Of a DNA stretch of 64,000 bases, positions 39,055-50,303 are shown one piece after another (positions within the stretch are counted from its first letter, which is position 1; every line of letters starts with the position of its first letter). Below the pieces are notes generated by a model. That model saw only the letters and a list, made by a program, of their open reading frames with translations, searched no databases and was not told where the DNA came from. Origin of the DNA: Nitrospirales bacterium (lineage in GTDB: Bacteria > Nitrospirota > Nitrospiria > Nitrospirales > UBA8639); assembly GCA_965223295.1 (NCBI GenBank), contig CBDCWC010000003.1, positions 192,001 through 256,000 of the forward strand, given 5' to 3'. A program made the position numbers and the translations under genes.

Positions 39055-40125
39055 ATGGAAATTGGTATCGTCGGCCTGCCCAACGTTGGCAAATCAACTA
39101 TCTTTAATGCTTTGACCTCCGGAGGCGCAGCTGCCTCTAATTATCCCTTTACCACCATTGAACCAAATGTTGGCGTCGTAGCTGTACCTGACCTGCGCCT
39201 AGCTCGCCTCACCGAACTCTTCCAACCCAAAAAGACTATCCCCGCCTCCTGCCGGTTTGTCGATATTGCAGGACTCGTGAAAGGCGCTGCCCAAGGAGAA
39301 GGGCTCGGAAATAAATTTCTAGCCAATATCCGTGAAGTAGATGCCATCCTCCATATGGTCCGCCTGTTTGAAGATGCCGATGTGGTCCATACCATGGGCA
39401 GTGTCAATTCCAAGCGTGATATTGAAATTATTGAAATGGAACTGATGCTGGCAGACTTGGACAGCCTGAGTCGCCAATTTGATAAGGTCTCTGGCAAGGC
39501 CAAATCAGGAGATACAGCTTCGAAAGAGACGCTAGCAATTTTGGAAACACTCAAAGCTGGACTCGAAGAAGGCAAGCCTGCTCGCGCACTTGGAATTGAG
39601 CCAGATATTTTGAAAGGCTATTTTCTCCTCACAGCCAAGCCAATATTCTATGTAGGGAACATCGACGAAAATCCTGACTCAGCTGTGATCTCTGAATTCC
39701 AAACCTTCGCAAAATCCCGTGGCTCTGAATCAGTCGTCATCTGTGGCAAACTGGAAAGCGAAATTGCTGAGCTCTCCGGTGAAGACCGTGAACTATTCAT
39801 GAAAGATCTCGGGATGGAACAAAGTGGCTTAGAGAAAGTGATTGTCGGCGCCTATGCCACACTGGGCCTGTGTTCATACTTTACCTGTGGTCCACAGGAA
39901 GTTCGCGCTTGGACCATTCCTCTGAATGCTAAGGCGCCTCAAGCCGCAGGCGTAATCCATACCGATTTTGAAAAAGGCTTTATCAAAGCTGACATTTATA
40001 GCTTCACGGATATCGATCAACATCGTTCCGAAACCCAATTACGCGAAAAGGGCTTGATCCGCTCCGAAGGCAAGGAATACATCGTCAAAGATGGCGATGT
40101 CTGTCACTTTAAATTTAACGTCTGA
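39055..40125 (+). CDS. ychF: Redox-regulated ATPase YchF
   Basis: GIVGLPNVGKST, NYPFTTIEPN, VDIAGLV, GEGLGNKFL, EGKEYIVKDGD. Confidence 0.97.
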   Translation: MEIGIVGLPNVGKSTIFNALTSGGAAASNYPFTTIEPNVGVVAVPDLRLARLTELFQPKKTIPASCRFVDIAGLVKGAAQGEGLGNKFLANIREVDAILHMVRLFEDADVVHTMGSVNSKRDIEIIEMELMLADLDSLSRQFDKVSGKAKSGDTASKETLAILETLKAGLEEGKPARALGIEPDILKGYFLLTAKPIFYVGNIDENPDSAVISEFQTFAKSRGSESVVICGKLESEIAELSGEDRELFMKDLGMEQSGLEKVIVGAYATLGLCSYFTCGPQEVRAWTIPLNAKAPQAAGVIHTDFEKGFIKADIYSFTDIDQHRSETQLREKGLIRSEGKEYIVKDGDVCHFKFNV

Positions 40126-40374
40126 TCCATGGATCTGCTATTCTATGAGTTTTTTCATTAGCCTCTAGCGAATTCATAGTTTTGTATTTTTTTGACCCTG
40201 CATGAATGATAAAGTTAGGATACTTAGCCTGCCTTCGGCATTAGACTTAAAAAATCCTCTCAAAATTTTTAGAACAACCCTACTCCTCCTTCTCGGTGAA
40301 CCAATTGACAATAACCCTCTCTATTTATCCTGTATTTTTGGTAAGTTAGTGAACAGATTTCGAGAAGAATATCT

Positions 40375-41628
40375 ATGTCAGCTCGCGTCGTAATTACAGG
40401 CATGGGGGTTGTTTCCCCTATTGGCATCGGGATTTCTCAATTTTGGGAGGCTGCCCTTCGTGGCGAATCCGGCATTACCCCTATTGAATCATTTGGGACT
40501 TTCCCCATCGAGGGCTACCGGTCACAAATAGCTGGGCAGGTCACAACCTTTCAACCACCAGATCCTGATGATGACAAATTTTGCTCCCGCGTTGATCGTT
40601 ACGCTCAAATGGCCTTGATAGCCACTCAAGAAGCCGTTCAGCATAGTGGACTCTGTTTAGAACGTGAACGGGCTGAACGGCTGGGTGTCATTGCTGGTGT
40701 TGGCATGGGCGGCATGATGATGGGTGAACGTGAGTTGACGAACTTATACGAATCTCAGAAGCCTCATCGTGTCCATCCTAACTTTATTCCAACGATTACC
40801 CTGAACTCGGCTTCAGGTATTGTCGCCTTAGCCTTAGGCGCCAGAGGTCCTAATTTAACAGTCTCTACCGCCTGTTCATCCAGCATCCACGCCATTGGAC
40901 AGGCCATGCAGTGCATTCGTCAGGGGCAAGCTGATATGATGATCGCAACTGGAGCAGATGCCAGTATTACACCCCTCGTGTTTGCGGGCTTTTGCTCCTT
41001 ACGGGCCTTGTCTACAAGGTATCATGATCAACCCGGGCAAGCCTCACGCCCATTTGATCGCGGACGAGATGGCTTTGTGATGGGAGAAGGCGCTGGCACA
41101 TTAGTTTTAGAATCACTTCAACATGCCACTCGCCGGAAAGCACGGATTTATGCTGAAGTGGTAGGATATGGTTGCACGAGTGAAGCCTACCATATGGTGA
41201 TACCCAAAGAAGATGGTCTCGATATCGCTCGAACCATGACACTGGCACTCAACGATGCGAAACTTGAGTCCAAACACGTCGACTATGTCAACGCCCATGC
41301 CACCTCCACGGTTGTGGGCGATGAAGTAGAAGTGAAAGGCTTGCGCACGGTCTTTGGAAAACGCATGAATCATATTCTTGTGAATGCCACAAAGTCATTG
41401 ATCGGACATACATTAGGAGCTGCAGGAGCCATCGCCACCATTGCTACCACGCTGTCCATTCACAAAAAGATGGTTCATCCAACCGTAAACTATACCGATC
41501 CAGATCCTCACTGTGCCTTACCTGGGCTTTCCACAGAAGTTCAAAAGAAACCTATACGCGTGGCCCTGGTGAATGCCTTTGGATTCGGGAGCAACAATGC
41601 AGTCCTGGTTCTCAAGAAATATTCATGA
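40375..41628 (+). CDS. fabF: Beta-ketoacyl-ACP synthase II
   Basis: TACSS, RPFDRGRDGFVMGEGAG, NAHATST, TKSLIGH, AFGFG. Confidence 0.92.
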   Translation: MSARVVITGMGVVSPIGIGISQFWEAALRGESGITPIESFGTFPIEGYRSQIAGQVTTFQPPDPDDDKFCSRVDRYAQMALIATQEAVQHSGLCLERERAERLGVIAGVGMGGMMMGERELTNLYESQKPHRVHPNFIPTITLNSASGIVALALGARGPNLTVSTACSSSIHAIGQAMQCIRQGQADMMIATGADASITPLVFAGFCSLRALSTRYHDQPGQASRPFDRGRDGFVMGEGAGTLVLESLQHATRRKARIYAEVVGYGCTSEAYHMVIPKEDGLDIARTMTLALNDAKLESKHVDYVNAHATSTVVGDEVEVKGLRTVFGKRMNHILVNATKSLIGHTLGAAGAIATIATTLSIHKKMVHPTVNYTDPDPHCALPGLSTEVQKKPIRVALVNAFGFGSNNAVLVLKKYS

Positions 41629-41993
41629 CGATGCCACTTTCCTCTTCCAACGGTCTTCATCAACAAGTCTATGATACTTTGGCGGATTACCTTCGCTGCG
41701 ACTCCACAACTCTGCACCCCGAAGATTCGCTTCGAGATGATTTAGGGCTGGATTCCTTACAAACCATCGAACTGGTCTATCAGGTCGAGTCTGTTTTTGA
41801 TATACAAATTCCAGATGAAGATTTCGGACGACTACGCACTATAGGTGAGGTCGTCACCTACCTTGGTGAACGAACCGGTCACCCACAGAATCATATTTCA
41901 CCTCTGACTAACTCCATCCAAAGCACCAGGCCAACAACCAATTCAACATCTCAATCAAAATCTCGCTCGCAATCAAAGACGTCACGTTCATGA
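41625..41993 (+). CDS. Acyl carrier protein with Ser/Thr-rich C-terminal tail
   Basis: DLGLDSL phosphopantetheine site; ATGA overlaps with both neighbours. Confidence 0.9.
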   Translation: MTMPLSSSNGLHQQVYDTLADYLRCDSTTLHPEDSLRDDLGLDSLQTIELVYQVESVFDIQIPDEDFGRLRTIGEVVTYLGERTGHPQNHISPLTNSIQSTRPTTNSTSQSKSRSQSKTSRS

Positions 41994-43051
41994 GCCACCA
42001 TCACCCCTCTTCAACCAGTCCTATCCCTCTTCAAGAACTGGCTCAGTGCATTCAGGTGCCCATTCAAGGTTCATCAGACATATTAATTTCTGGTTTATCC
42101 CATTTGGAAGGTGCCAGTTGCGGCGATCTTTCATTTGTCCTAAAACCCAAATTTCATGATACTGCCAGAAACTCGCAGGCGGCAGCATTCTTGACAACTC
42201 AGCCGATTCCCGATGATCCGCGTCCTCAGTTAATTACACCCAACCCTCTGCTCGCAGTCGCAACTCTTGCACACACCTATTTTCTGCCCGCTTCCCCGCA
42301 ACGAGGCATTGATCCTACTGCAGTTAGGGGGATCGACGTACGTATTGGCCCGGAGGTCTCAATCGGACCACTTGTCACAATTGGAAATCGAGCAGAAATC
42401 GGTGCAGGCGTCACGATTCATCCAGGAGTACACATAGGCGAGGATACCCGAATTGGAGACAATTGCATTTTGTACCCTCATGTCTCGTTATTGGCCAATT
42501 GTATTCTTGGTGCTCGTGTCATCCTGCATAGTGGCACAGTGATTGGAAGCGATGGTTTTGGCTACGCACAGCATGAAGGTTGTCACCAGAAAATCCCGCA
42601 GTTGGGGAATGTCATTATCGAAGATGACGTGGAATTAGGCGCGAATGTCACTATTGACAGGGCCACTTTTGGCAGTACCATTATCAAGCAAGGTACGAAG
42701 ATTGACAATCAAGTCCAAATTGCACATAACGTGATAATTGGAGAACATTGTATTATCGTTGCACAGGTGGGCATTGCCGGAAGCACACGCCTTGGGCACC
42801 ATGTGATGATTGGAGGACAAGCAGGATTAGTTGACCATCTCACGATTGGCGATCAGGTAAGAATTGCCTCAGGGGCAGGAGTTACTAATCATGTCGAGTC
42901 ACATCAAACAGTCGGCGGCCGTCCGGCCGTGGCTCATACCACCTGGCGCAAAGCACAAGTCTTACAATACCAACTACCTGATATGCGCAATGAACTGCGG
43001 GCACTGAGAAAAGAAGTTGAAGACCTGAAAAAACGCCTGCAAGAGTCCTGA
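41990..43051 (+). CDS. lpxD: UDP-3-O-(3-hydroxyacyl)glucosamine N-acyltransferase
   Basis: [35 protein letters not shown], hexapeptide repeats. Confidence 0.93.
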   Translation: MSHHHPSSTSPIPLQELAQCIQVPIQGSSDILISGLSHLEGASCGDLSFVLKPKFHDTARNSQAAAFLTTQPIPDDPRPQLITPNPLLAVATLAHTYFLPASPQRGIDPTAVRGIDVRIGPEVSIGPLVTIGNRAEIGAGVTIHPGVHIGEDTRIGDNCILYPHVSLLANCILGARVILHSGTVIGSDGFGYAQHEGCHQKIPQLGNVIIEDDVELGANVTIDRATFGSTIIKQGTKIDNQVQIAHNVIIGEHCIIVAQVGIAGSTRLGHHVMIGGQAGLVDHLTIGDQVRIASGAGVTNHVESHQTVGGRPAVAHTTWRKAQVLQYQLPDMRNELRALRKEVEDLKKRLQES

Positions 43052-43118
43052 AACAACTCTCCACGGACTTTCTGAATAGACTTTCGCAGCATAAAGCATC
43101 CCTATAGCAGACGTTCCT

Positions 43119-43307
43119 GGGAGTGTTGAATCATGAAGACAGCAAAGGCCATATTTCGCCAGGAAGCCCTTGGTGATCAGCTGCGTCGGGTCGGCTCAAA
43201 AAGTCCGTCTAGCAAGGCCGCAGCCATTTTTGCGCGCGGAACGTACTAGCACGACGTGAGACGGAAAAAGGGCGAGAACGCCGTTGGTGGCTTTTTTCAA
43301 TAGACCC
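43119..43307 (-). repeat. MITE/REP-like element copy (reverse orientation)
   Basis: GGGAGTGTTGAATCATGAAG...AAAAAGTCCGTC..GCAAGGCCGCAGCC...CTTTTTTCAATAGACCC. Confidence 0.85.
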
Positions 43308-43312
43308 TTTCT

Positions 43313-43846
43313 TTATTTCTTTGACGGAGGTAGAACTAACCCTTTCCAAAAAAACATCTTTGCCCAAAAATACCCTGCCCATGGCAACGCAAATGCTGCC
43401 ACTGGATCCATAAATCCCGTCCATACACAGATTCCTGACAGAATCACCAAAGCCATCATTCCCAAGAAGTACCACAACGGAACCAATCCTCGCCCTCGAT
43501 GTTCAATCGTTACTTCGGTCGCGGCTTTCTTGGCTTTCCGCACAGACCGTTGCGTGAAGGCTTTCATACGATTGGCAAAATAGCCTGGAAATTCCCGCAG
43601 GAGATATTGTTGATACTTCGTCTGCGCTAATCCAAAAAGCACCCCCGCAACAAGCAAGGCGGAGCTATAGGTAAAGGTCTCCCATCCATATCTTCCCATA
43701 TACAATTGATACCCTAACGCCACGACTCCCACTAAAATACAAATAAGTCCTAGGAGGCTTGCCGGAAATAAAATATAGGTTCGTACAAATTCTTGCGCCT
43801 TTTCCGTTTCATCTCCCTGGCGTCTGTTTGTAATAACTTTAGGCAT
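43313..43846 (-). CDS. Hypothetical inner-membrane protein
   Basis: About four hydrophobic helices. Confidence 0.7.
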   Translation of the reverse strand: MPKVITNRRQGDETEKAQEFVRTYILFPASLLGLICILVGVVALGYQLYMGRYGWETFTYSSALLVAGVLFGLAQTKYQQYLLREFPGYFANRMKAFTQRSVRKAKKAATEVTIEHRGRGLVPLWYFLGMMALVILSGICVWTGFMDPVAAFALPWAGYFWAKMFFWKGLVLPPSKK

Positions 43847-44102
43847 AGGGGTTTTTTAAAAAAATTTAAAATGAATATTCAATTGAGAGAGGAGTCATGA
43901 TTCGGTTCTATGGCATCCTCTGGATCGGTACTTTCATCAAGGGGAATACGATAGCGTTCTCCAAACTAGCCCTGCAAATCGACGAGTTGGCAACGCTCAG
44001 AGCAAAAAGGCCGAAAGACATTCCCTTCCCAAGAAACGACTTTCCCGCAGATTGAACAGGTGCTTTTCCTCTCACTCATTCCACCAAACCTCAACGCACC
44101 AA

Positions 44103-45827
44103 TCAGACATGAAATTGAGCATCATACAAACCCGCATACAGCCCACCTTTCGCCAGCAACGTAGCATGATCGCCTTCTTCAAGAATATTGCCTTGATCAA
44201 TCACCACAATACGATCCACGGCCTGTAAGGTAGAGAGCCGATGGGCAATAATAAACGTGGTTCGTCCTAGCATCAACTCATCCATTGCAATTCGGATTTC
44301 CACTTCGGTCTCGGTATCAATATTCGAAGTGGCTTCATCCATGACGACTATAGGTGGATCTTTAAGAAGCACCCGCGCAATGGCCATACGTTGTTTCTGT
44401 CCAACTGACAACTTCACGCCCCGCTCGCCAATCCACGTATCGTAACCATCGGGAAGTGCTTGAATAAATTCATGAGCCTGCGCAGCTCTCGCTACGGCTT
44501 TGATCTGCTCAAAAGAAGCTACGAGATCCCCATAGGCCAAATTGTCTCTTACCGTCCCGTTAAATAAGAAAGGTTCCTGCTGAACAAACCCAATGTGTTC
44601 GCGCACAACCGATAACGGGAGCTCTCGAATATCATAGCCATCCAACTCAATCGCTCCAGCGTCAACATCATAAAAGCGAAAGAGCAGTTTCATCATCGTA
44701 CTTTTTCCAACGCCACTAGGACCTACCAGCGCGACATGCTCACCAGGCTCCACACGTAACGAGATCGCTGTAAAAACGGGGGTCTCCTCGCGATACGCAA
44801 AGCTCACATCTTTCCATTCAACTCTTCCCGACAATCGAGGGTTTTCAGGAATGAGGGTTCCTTGATCCGGCACAGCGGGCTTGGCATCCAGCACATCAAA
44901 GACTCGCTCGCTCGCAGCCAAGGCATGCTGGAGCAAATGATTCACCGAATGAATTTGATTCACCGGTGTATAAAACTGAGACAAATACATTAAAAATGCA
45001 ACAAGTTCGCCAGGCTTCAATGTCCCGGAAAATACCTCGCTCGCACCATAACCGATAACGAGGACTGTCCCCAGGTCTCCAATGAAGGTCATGCCTGGAG
45101 AGTACACAGACCATAACGACATCGCTTTCAAATTCGCTTGGCCGTACTTCTTAGACATGTCTTTGAAACGAGATTGTTCGTAGGGTTGACGATTAAAGCC
45201 CATAGTTTCCCGTATGCCTGAAAGGGCATCCTGTAAGTAGCCATTAAGTTCAGCCGCTTGTTGGCGAATCTCATGATAATATCCATGAACTCGATGGGTG
45301 AAAAAGACACCTCCAACGATAAGGATGGGAATGGGAAGAAGAACAAGCAATGCAAGTTTCCAATTTAGGACAAATAAAAGAGTCGTAATGCCAACCAGCG
45401 TCAGAGAAGCTGTCAGCATTCCCTCAAAACCATCAATGAAGATACGCTGAACATGTTCCGTATCATTCACCACACGAGACATAATTTCACCGGTTGACCG
45501 ATTCTCATAATAGTTCAAGGACAATCTCTGTAGAGCTCCAAAGACTTCCCGGCGAAGGCGGTGCACTACCCGTTGTTCAAGCATGTTATTAAATCGTATG
45601 CGAAGCGAATTGCTGAGGTTTTTCAAGCCATACGCGAGAATAAGTCCGCCAAGAATCCAGTACAATAGGCCTTCTTTTTGACTAGGAAGCACTTCATCAA
45701 TCACGATTTTTATGAGCCAAGGCGGGACTAGTCCAAACCCAGTCGTTAATGCCGCAAAGAGAAAGGTTAAACCAACCATGCTCCGATCTGGAGCAAGATA
45801 AACTAAAACTCGGAGAAGTGCTTTCAC
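44103..45827 (-). CDS. ABC exporter, fused permease/ATPase (MsbA/MdlB-like)
   Basis: TM domain; [29 protein letters not shown]. Confidence 0.93.
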   Translation of the reverse strand: MKALLRVLVYLAPDRSMVGLTFLFAALTTGFGLVPPWLIKIVIDEVLPSQKEGLLYWILGGLILAYGLKNLSNSLRIRFNNMLEQRVVHRLRREVFGALQRLSLNYYENRSTGEIMSRVVNDTEHVQRIFIDGFEGMLTASLTLVGITTLLFVLNWKLALLVLLPIPILIVGGVFFTHRVHGYYHEIRQQAAELNGYLQDALSGIRETMGFNRQPYEQSRFKDMSKKYGQANLKAMSLWSVYSPGMTFIGDLGTVLVIGYGASEVFSGTLKPGELVAFLMYLSQFYTPVNQIHSVNHLLQHALAASERVFDVLDAKPAVPDQGTLIPENPRLSGRVEWKDVSFAYREETPVFTAISLRVEPGEHVALVGPSGVGKSTMMKLLFRFYDVDAGAIELDGYDIRELPLSVVREHIGFVQQEPFLFNGTVRDNLAYGDLVASFEQIKAVARAAQAHEFIQALPDGYDTWIGERGVKLSVGQKQRMAIARVLLKDPPIVVMDEATSNIDTETEVEIRIAMDELMLGRTTFIIAHRLSTLQAVDRIVVIDQGNILEEGDHATLLAKGGLYAGLYDAQFHV

Positions 45828-45952
45828 AGCAGAACTACAAATGTATTATTTCTGTAAAAAGACAATCCGGAAAGTCGTAGGAAATTTCCAGATCGTGTAT
45901 GCGGAGGTGACAGTTCAGATGTCATTCGGTAGAGAGTTTTGATCCTACACCC

Positions 45953-46483
45953 TTAAATCACTGAGGAAGATTCTTCTTTCCAATAGGCATCAAACTCTTC
46001 TAGCTGAGTGAGTGTCGACATATCGGTCATACGATCAATAAATAATTTTCCGAGCAAGTGATCCATTTCATGTTGAATACAGACGGCATACAATCCATTG
46101 GCCTCAATATCTTGGAGCACTCCATGTCGATCATAGGCTTGCACACGCACCATGGAAGGCCTGACCACTTTCCCTCGCATATTATCGATACTCAAACACC
46201 CCTCCCACATTTCAGTTTGGGTGGGGCCATAAAACACAATTTTCGGATTAATAAGTACCGTTTTAGGAATACCATCGCTTCCACCACATTCCATCACCAC
46301 TACCTGTTCAGACTGAGCGACTTGCGGAGCAGCCAATCCAATCCCTTCGTAATGCACCATCGTGTCGAACATATCATCAATAAATTTCTGAAACCTCGGA
46401 CTCTCAATCGTCGCCGGATCAACTGCCTTGGCAACTTGACGAAGAATTGGATTGCCGACTTTTGCTATGTGTAACACAGCCAT
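45953..46483 (-). CDS. def: Peptide deformylase
   Basis: GIGLAAPQ, EGCLS, QHEMDHL. Confidence 0.96.
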   Translation of the reverse strand: MAVLHIAKVGNPILRQVAKAVDPATIESPRFQKFIDDMFDTMVHYEGIGLAAPQVAQSEQVVVMECGGSDGIPKTVLINPKIVFYGPTQTEMWEGCLSIDNMRGKVVRPSMVRVQAYDRHGVLQDIEANGLYAVCIQHEMDHLLGKLFIDRMTDMSTLTQLEEFDAYWKEESSSVI

Positions 46484-46582
46484 CTAACCTGACTCCTTAT
46501 GTTAACCTTCACGTGTGAGTTGCGACAAAACCTGTACAATATTCACGACATCTGAACATGTGCCCTAGTCACAAGTCTCCTA

Positions 46583-47410
46583 CTAACTTATATCCAAATT
46601 AGCTGGCGATTCGGGTGAAGGCGCTGGCGAAGACGGTCCATCAAATCGATGCTTGTTGGTCTCCCACCATTCCCACCATTCCTTAGCCCATTCTTTTCGA
46701 TTTTCTTGAGTCGATACTTCCCAATCATGAATGGCTCCGCTAAACCGGGTCAGAGTCCAAAATGAATCCCGCGCGGTGATTGAGACAAATCGTTCAGGAT
46801 CAGGAATCGCGCTAATAATGAGGGGAAGGACTTCTTTTCGATGGACAAACCGGGCTTCAAACACCGCAGTGTTACGGATCGTAGAATTAGGATCTTTCAC
46901 CATCACTTCGATAGCCGGAATGACTTGATTAGGATCCAGCCGAGTGGCAACCCGAAGCGCATGTGATCGTATTTTGGACTCCTCATTGGGTTCCATGGCG
47001 ACTTCGACTAAAGCGGGTGCAGCAGAGGGATCTTTAATGATCGACAAGGTTTCAACGGCATTAAATCGCACTCGAGGCCCAGGCATCTTTAACGCTTTCA
47101 CTAAATGGGGAACCGAATGTTTCCCAAAATGCACAAATTCACCGATCGCCCAGAGCTCCTGCTTCCCATCCAAGAGAGGAAGAAGCGACGCCAAACGCTC
47201 TTGGCCTTGTGCATCTAATGTTTCAGGAGCAGGAGTCGCATCTTCTGCGGGCGTATAATCAGGCTGTGAAGGCGGCTCATAAGGTAACTGTACGAACCAT
47301 GTCTCTGGAATGCGGTCATGGTGACCAGCCCAAACGAAGCTGGATCCCAGAAAAAAAACTAGAGCCAGGCAGCGCAAAAATTTGCCTTTAGGCCTTATTT
47401 GCCGAATCAT
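46583..47410 (-). CDS. Secreted HEAT-repeat protein
   Basis: Signal peptide; HEAT-like units VPHLVKAL..PRVRFNAVETL, DPNSTIRNTAV. Confidence 0.75.
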   Translation of the reverse strand: MIRQIRPKGKFLRCLALVFFLGSSFVWAGHHDRIPETWFVQLPYEPPSQPDYTPAEDATPAPETLDAQGQERLASLLPLLDGKQELWAIGEFVHFGKHSVPHLVKALKMPGPRVRFNAVETLSIIKDPSAAPALVEVAMEPNEESKIRSHALRVATRLDPNQVIPAIEVMVKDPNSTIRNTAVFEARFVHRKEVLPLIISAIPDPERFVSITARDSFWTLTRFSGAIHDWEVSTQENRKEWAKEWWEWWETNKHRFDGPSSPAPSPESPANLDIS

Positions 47411-47553
47411 TAGAATCCTTTTCGTCAGTCTTTCATCAAATACATAAAAGCTTATTTAGTCTAGTGGCAGATGGCTAAAACGGTCAAGCCAACATCCCTG
47501 CCCCAATTCTATTCAAGGACATCATCAAGGTGAGACGAGCACCGACAATTCCA

Positions 47554-48615
47554 TCAGTGGACTTTCAGCTCAGTCCAAGCTCGATCATAGTCACGAATGG
47601 CCTCTTGAACATCCTCTATCCACTCCATTCGTGAAAGCACATCATCTGGCGGATAGACAGCCACATTGTTACGTATTTCAGGCGGTAATTGGTTTCGGAC
47701 ATGCCGGTTCGCAGAAGCAAATAACAATCGCTGAGACGTCAACAAGGCAACCTGTTCATCTAATAGATAGTTAATAAAATCCATAGCTAGTTCTTTCTGT
47801 TCCGAACTTGCCAACACCGCTAAACAATCTGTCCAAATGGTGCCCCCTTCTTGAGGAATTGCAAACTGGATTGAGGGTTGTTCTCGCATAGCCCGAGCCA
47901 CAGGGCCGCCCCAGGCATGGGCCACCACCACATCACCGGACACTAGCAGATGATCAAATTGCTCACTCGTATAGGCTTTGACCAACGGTTTTTGAACAAT
48001 CAGATGATTTTTGGCCTCTTGAATCTTTCCTGCATCTCGACTATTGAGAGAATACCCCAGAGATCGCAAGGCCAGTCCAAAGACTTCCCGTTGGTCATTT
48101 AACATACTGATACGCCCAGAATATTGTGGATCCCACAACACATCCCAACTGGTTGGAATATCCGCCACAACATCCGCGTTGTATCCGATTCCGACGGTTC
48201 CCCATAAATATGGGATGGCAAATTTTTGCGTCGGATCAAACGGCAATTGAGTCAAATGCGGTTCCAAGTCTTGGACATGGGGAATTTGAGCAAGATTCAG
48301 TTCCGCCAACAGCCCAAGCCGCCCCATGATGCCGGCCATGAAATCGGAAGGCACCACGACATCATATCCCGTCATCCCCGTTTGAACTTTTGCCAATAAC
48401 TCTTCATTGCTGCTGAACGTGTCAATAACAACACGGGCGCCCCGACTGGCCTCAAATGCCTTCATTAGTTCCGGATCAACATAATCCGACCAGGTGTAAT
48501 AATGGAGCGTCGAAGACCCAGACTTTCCTGATTGCGGGGGCACCGACGGATCAGTACATCCTGCAAACACAAAGAGCAAGCCCGAACAGCAAAGACCTGT
48601 CCACATTATCTTCAT
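47554..48615 (-). CDS. potD: Spermidine/putrescine ABC substrate-binding lipoprotein
   Basis: Lipobox FAGC; YTWSDYVD, SNEELLAK, YDVVVPSD, PYLWGT, PQEGG. Confidence 0.9.
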   Translation of the reverse strand: MKIMWTGLCCSGLLFVFAGCTDPSVPPQSGKSGSSTLHYYTWSDYVDPELMKAFEASRGARVVIDTFSSNEELLAKVQTGMTGYDVVVPSDFMAGIMGRLGLLAELNLAQIPHVQDLEPHLTQLPFDPTQKFAIPYLWGTVGIGYNADVVADIPTSWDVLWDPQYSGRISMLNDQREVFGLALRSLGYSLNSRDAGKIQEAKNHLIVQKPLVKAYTSEQFDHLLVSGDVVVAHAWGGPVARAMREQPSIQFAIPQEGGTIWTDCLAVLASSEQKELAMDFINYLLDEQVALLTSQRLLFASANRHVRNQLPPEIRNNVAVYPPDDVLSRMEWIEDVQEAIRDYDRAWTELKVH

Positions 48616-48619
48616 GGAT

Positions 48620-49423
48620 TTACTTCGAGAGAGTCACAATTGGAGAATAGGTAGGAGCGCGTTGCTGAAACATCCAAGACAAGCCGATGCACACCATCGA
48701 GACGACAACCATGATAGCTGACAAGGCATTTACCTCTGGAGTCAATCCCGTTTTGATCATGGAAAAGACTTTAAGCGGTAAGGTGGTAGTCCCTGGACCT
48801 GCCACGAAAAATGTTACCACAAAATCATCCAGTGACACCGTAAAACTCAGAAGTGCGGCTCCCACTATAGCTGGGCGTAACATGGGAAGAGTAATATGAG
48901 TGAAGATCTTCCACGAGTCTGCTCCAAGATCCCGGGCCGCATCCTCCCATGCCGGATCCAGTTTCTGGAGTCGAGCTCGGAGAATCACCACGGTCAAGGG
49001 AACATTAAACACCATATGCCCAATGATAATAGAACCAAATCCCAGGGGAATCTGAAGCAGCACAAACATCAGCAGTAAGGCCACTCCCAGCAAGATTTCC
49101 GGAATCACCAAAGGCAATACCAGTAGAGTTGGTAACCATTTCATACGACGATGGTATCCCTTCTCCAGTCCAACAGCCGTACCGATACCCAATAACAATG
49201 AGAAGACCGTGGACATACAGGCGATAATCAAGCTATTGACCGTGGCATCGATCATTGATGGATCTGCAAACAATCTCTCATACCAATGTAAAGAAAATCC
49301 TTTCCATTCCACACCCATTGATGAAGCATTGAAAGAAAGGCTGATCAGAATGATGACTGGCAGGTACAAAAAAATGATGACCATCACACCTGCAATACGA
49401 ACTGATATCGGCACTTGATTCAT
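48620..49423 (-). CDS. potC: Polyamine ABC permease
   Basis: FLYLP, EDAARDLGA, SLDDFVVTFF, TTLPL; start at ATG 49423. Confidence 0.9.
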   Translation of the reverse strand: MNQVPISVRIAGVMVIIFLYLPVIILISLSFNASSMGVEWKGFSLHWYERLFADPSMIDATVNSLIIACMSTVFSLLLGIGTAVGLEKGYHRRMKWLPTLLVLPLVIPEILLGVALLLMFVLLQIPLGFGSIIIGHMVFNVPLTVVILRARLQKLDPAWEDAARDLGADSWKIFTHITLPMLRPAIVGAALLSFTVSLDDFVVTFFVAGPGTTTLPLKVFSMIKTGLTPEVNALSAIMVVVSMVCIGLSWMFQQRAPTYSPIVTLSK

Positions 49424-50280
49424 GGAATATTGCTCCCAATGGTCTTTCGACTTAACACAAACCATAGCATCAGTGCCGTCCCCACTAATCCAAACGACAG
49501 CGCTGAGCCAAATGGCCAATCACGTGCGACAAGAAACTCTTGCTGTATAAGGGTCCCGATCATCATATTTTTCCCTCCACCCAACAGATAGGGCGTGATA
49601 AATGCCCCAAGGGAAGGAATGAAGACAAGAACACCACCCGCGATAAACCCTGGTTTGCTGAGAGGGATGATGACATAACGAATCATAGAACCGAATGAAG
49701 CATACAAGTCATACGCTGCTTCTTCTAACTCTGGAGCAATGCGTTCAATGGCCACAATCAAGGGCAGAACCATAAATGGAAGGTAACCATAAACCAAACC
49801 CAGGACGATTGCTAAATCAGTAAAAAGTAAGGAAAGAGGCTCTGCTTGGAACCCTAGTTGAAGGAGTAAGGAATTGAAGACACCATCGGCTCGTAAGATT
49901 AAGACCCAGGCATATGTGCGAACTAAAAAATTCGTCCAGAATGGAACCATGACTACGATAAGCCATATAACTTGCCAGCGAGGAGAGGCTCGAGCAACGC
50001 AGTAGGCCAAGGGAAAACCCACGACTGCACACACTAGAGTCGTTACACTTGCAAACAGCATTGATCGAAGAAAGATCATACCAATTAGCGGATCGGCTAA
50101 CCGTCGATAATTCTCTAACGTGCCGATCCATTCCACTCCACCATACATGCCCCTACTCGCCAAACTCACGCCAAGCACGATGGCCAACGGAACAAGAAAG
50201 AAAAGGACGAAAAACAGCCCGGCTGCCCAGAGTGAACCGATAATCGGCCACGAGAATGCATGAATAGGTGCTTTTGTCAC
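49420..50280 (-). CDS. potB: Polyamine ABC permease
   Basis: PFWTNFLVRTYAW, YLPFMVLP, EEAAYDL, RDWPFGSA. Confidence 0.9.
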   Translation of the reverse strand: MTKAPIHAFSWPIIGSLWAAGLFFVLFFLVPLAIVLGVSLASRGMYGGVEWIGTLENYRRLADPLIGMIFLRSMLFASVTTLVCAVVGFPLAYCVARASPRWQVIWLIVVMVPFWTNFLVRTYAWVLILRADGVFNSLLLQLGFQAEPLSLLFTDLAIVLGLVYGYLPFMVLPLIVAIERIAPELEEAAYDLYASFGSMIRYVIIPLSKPGFIAGGVLVFIPSLGAFITPYLLGGGKNMMIGTLIQQEFLVARDWPFGSALSFGLVGTALMLWFVLSRKTIGSNIP

Positions 50281-50303
50281 AAGAAGAATATAGAGAACGA
50301 GGA

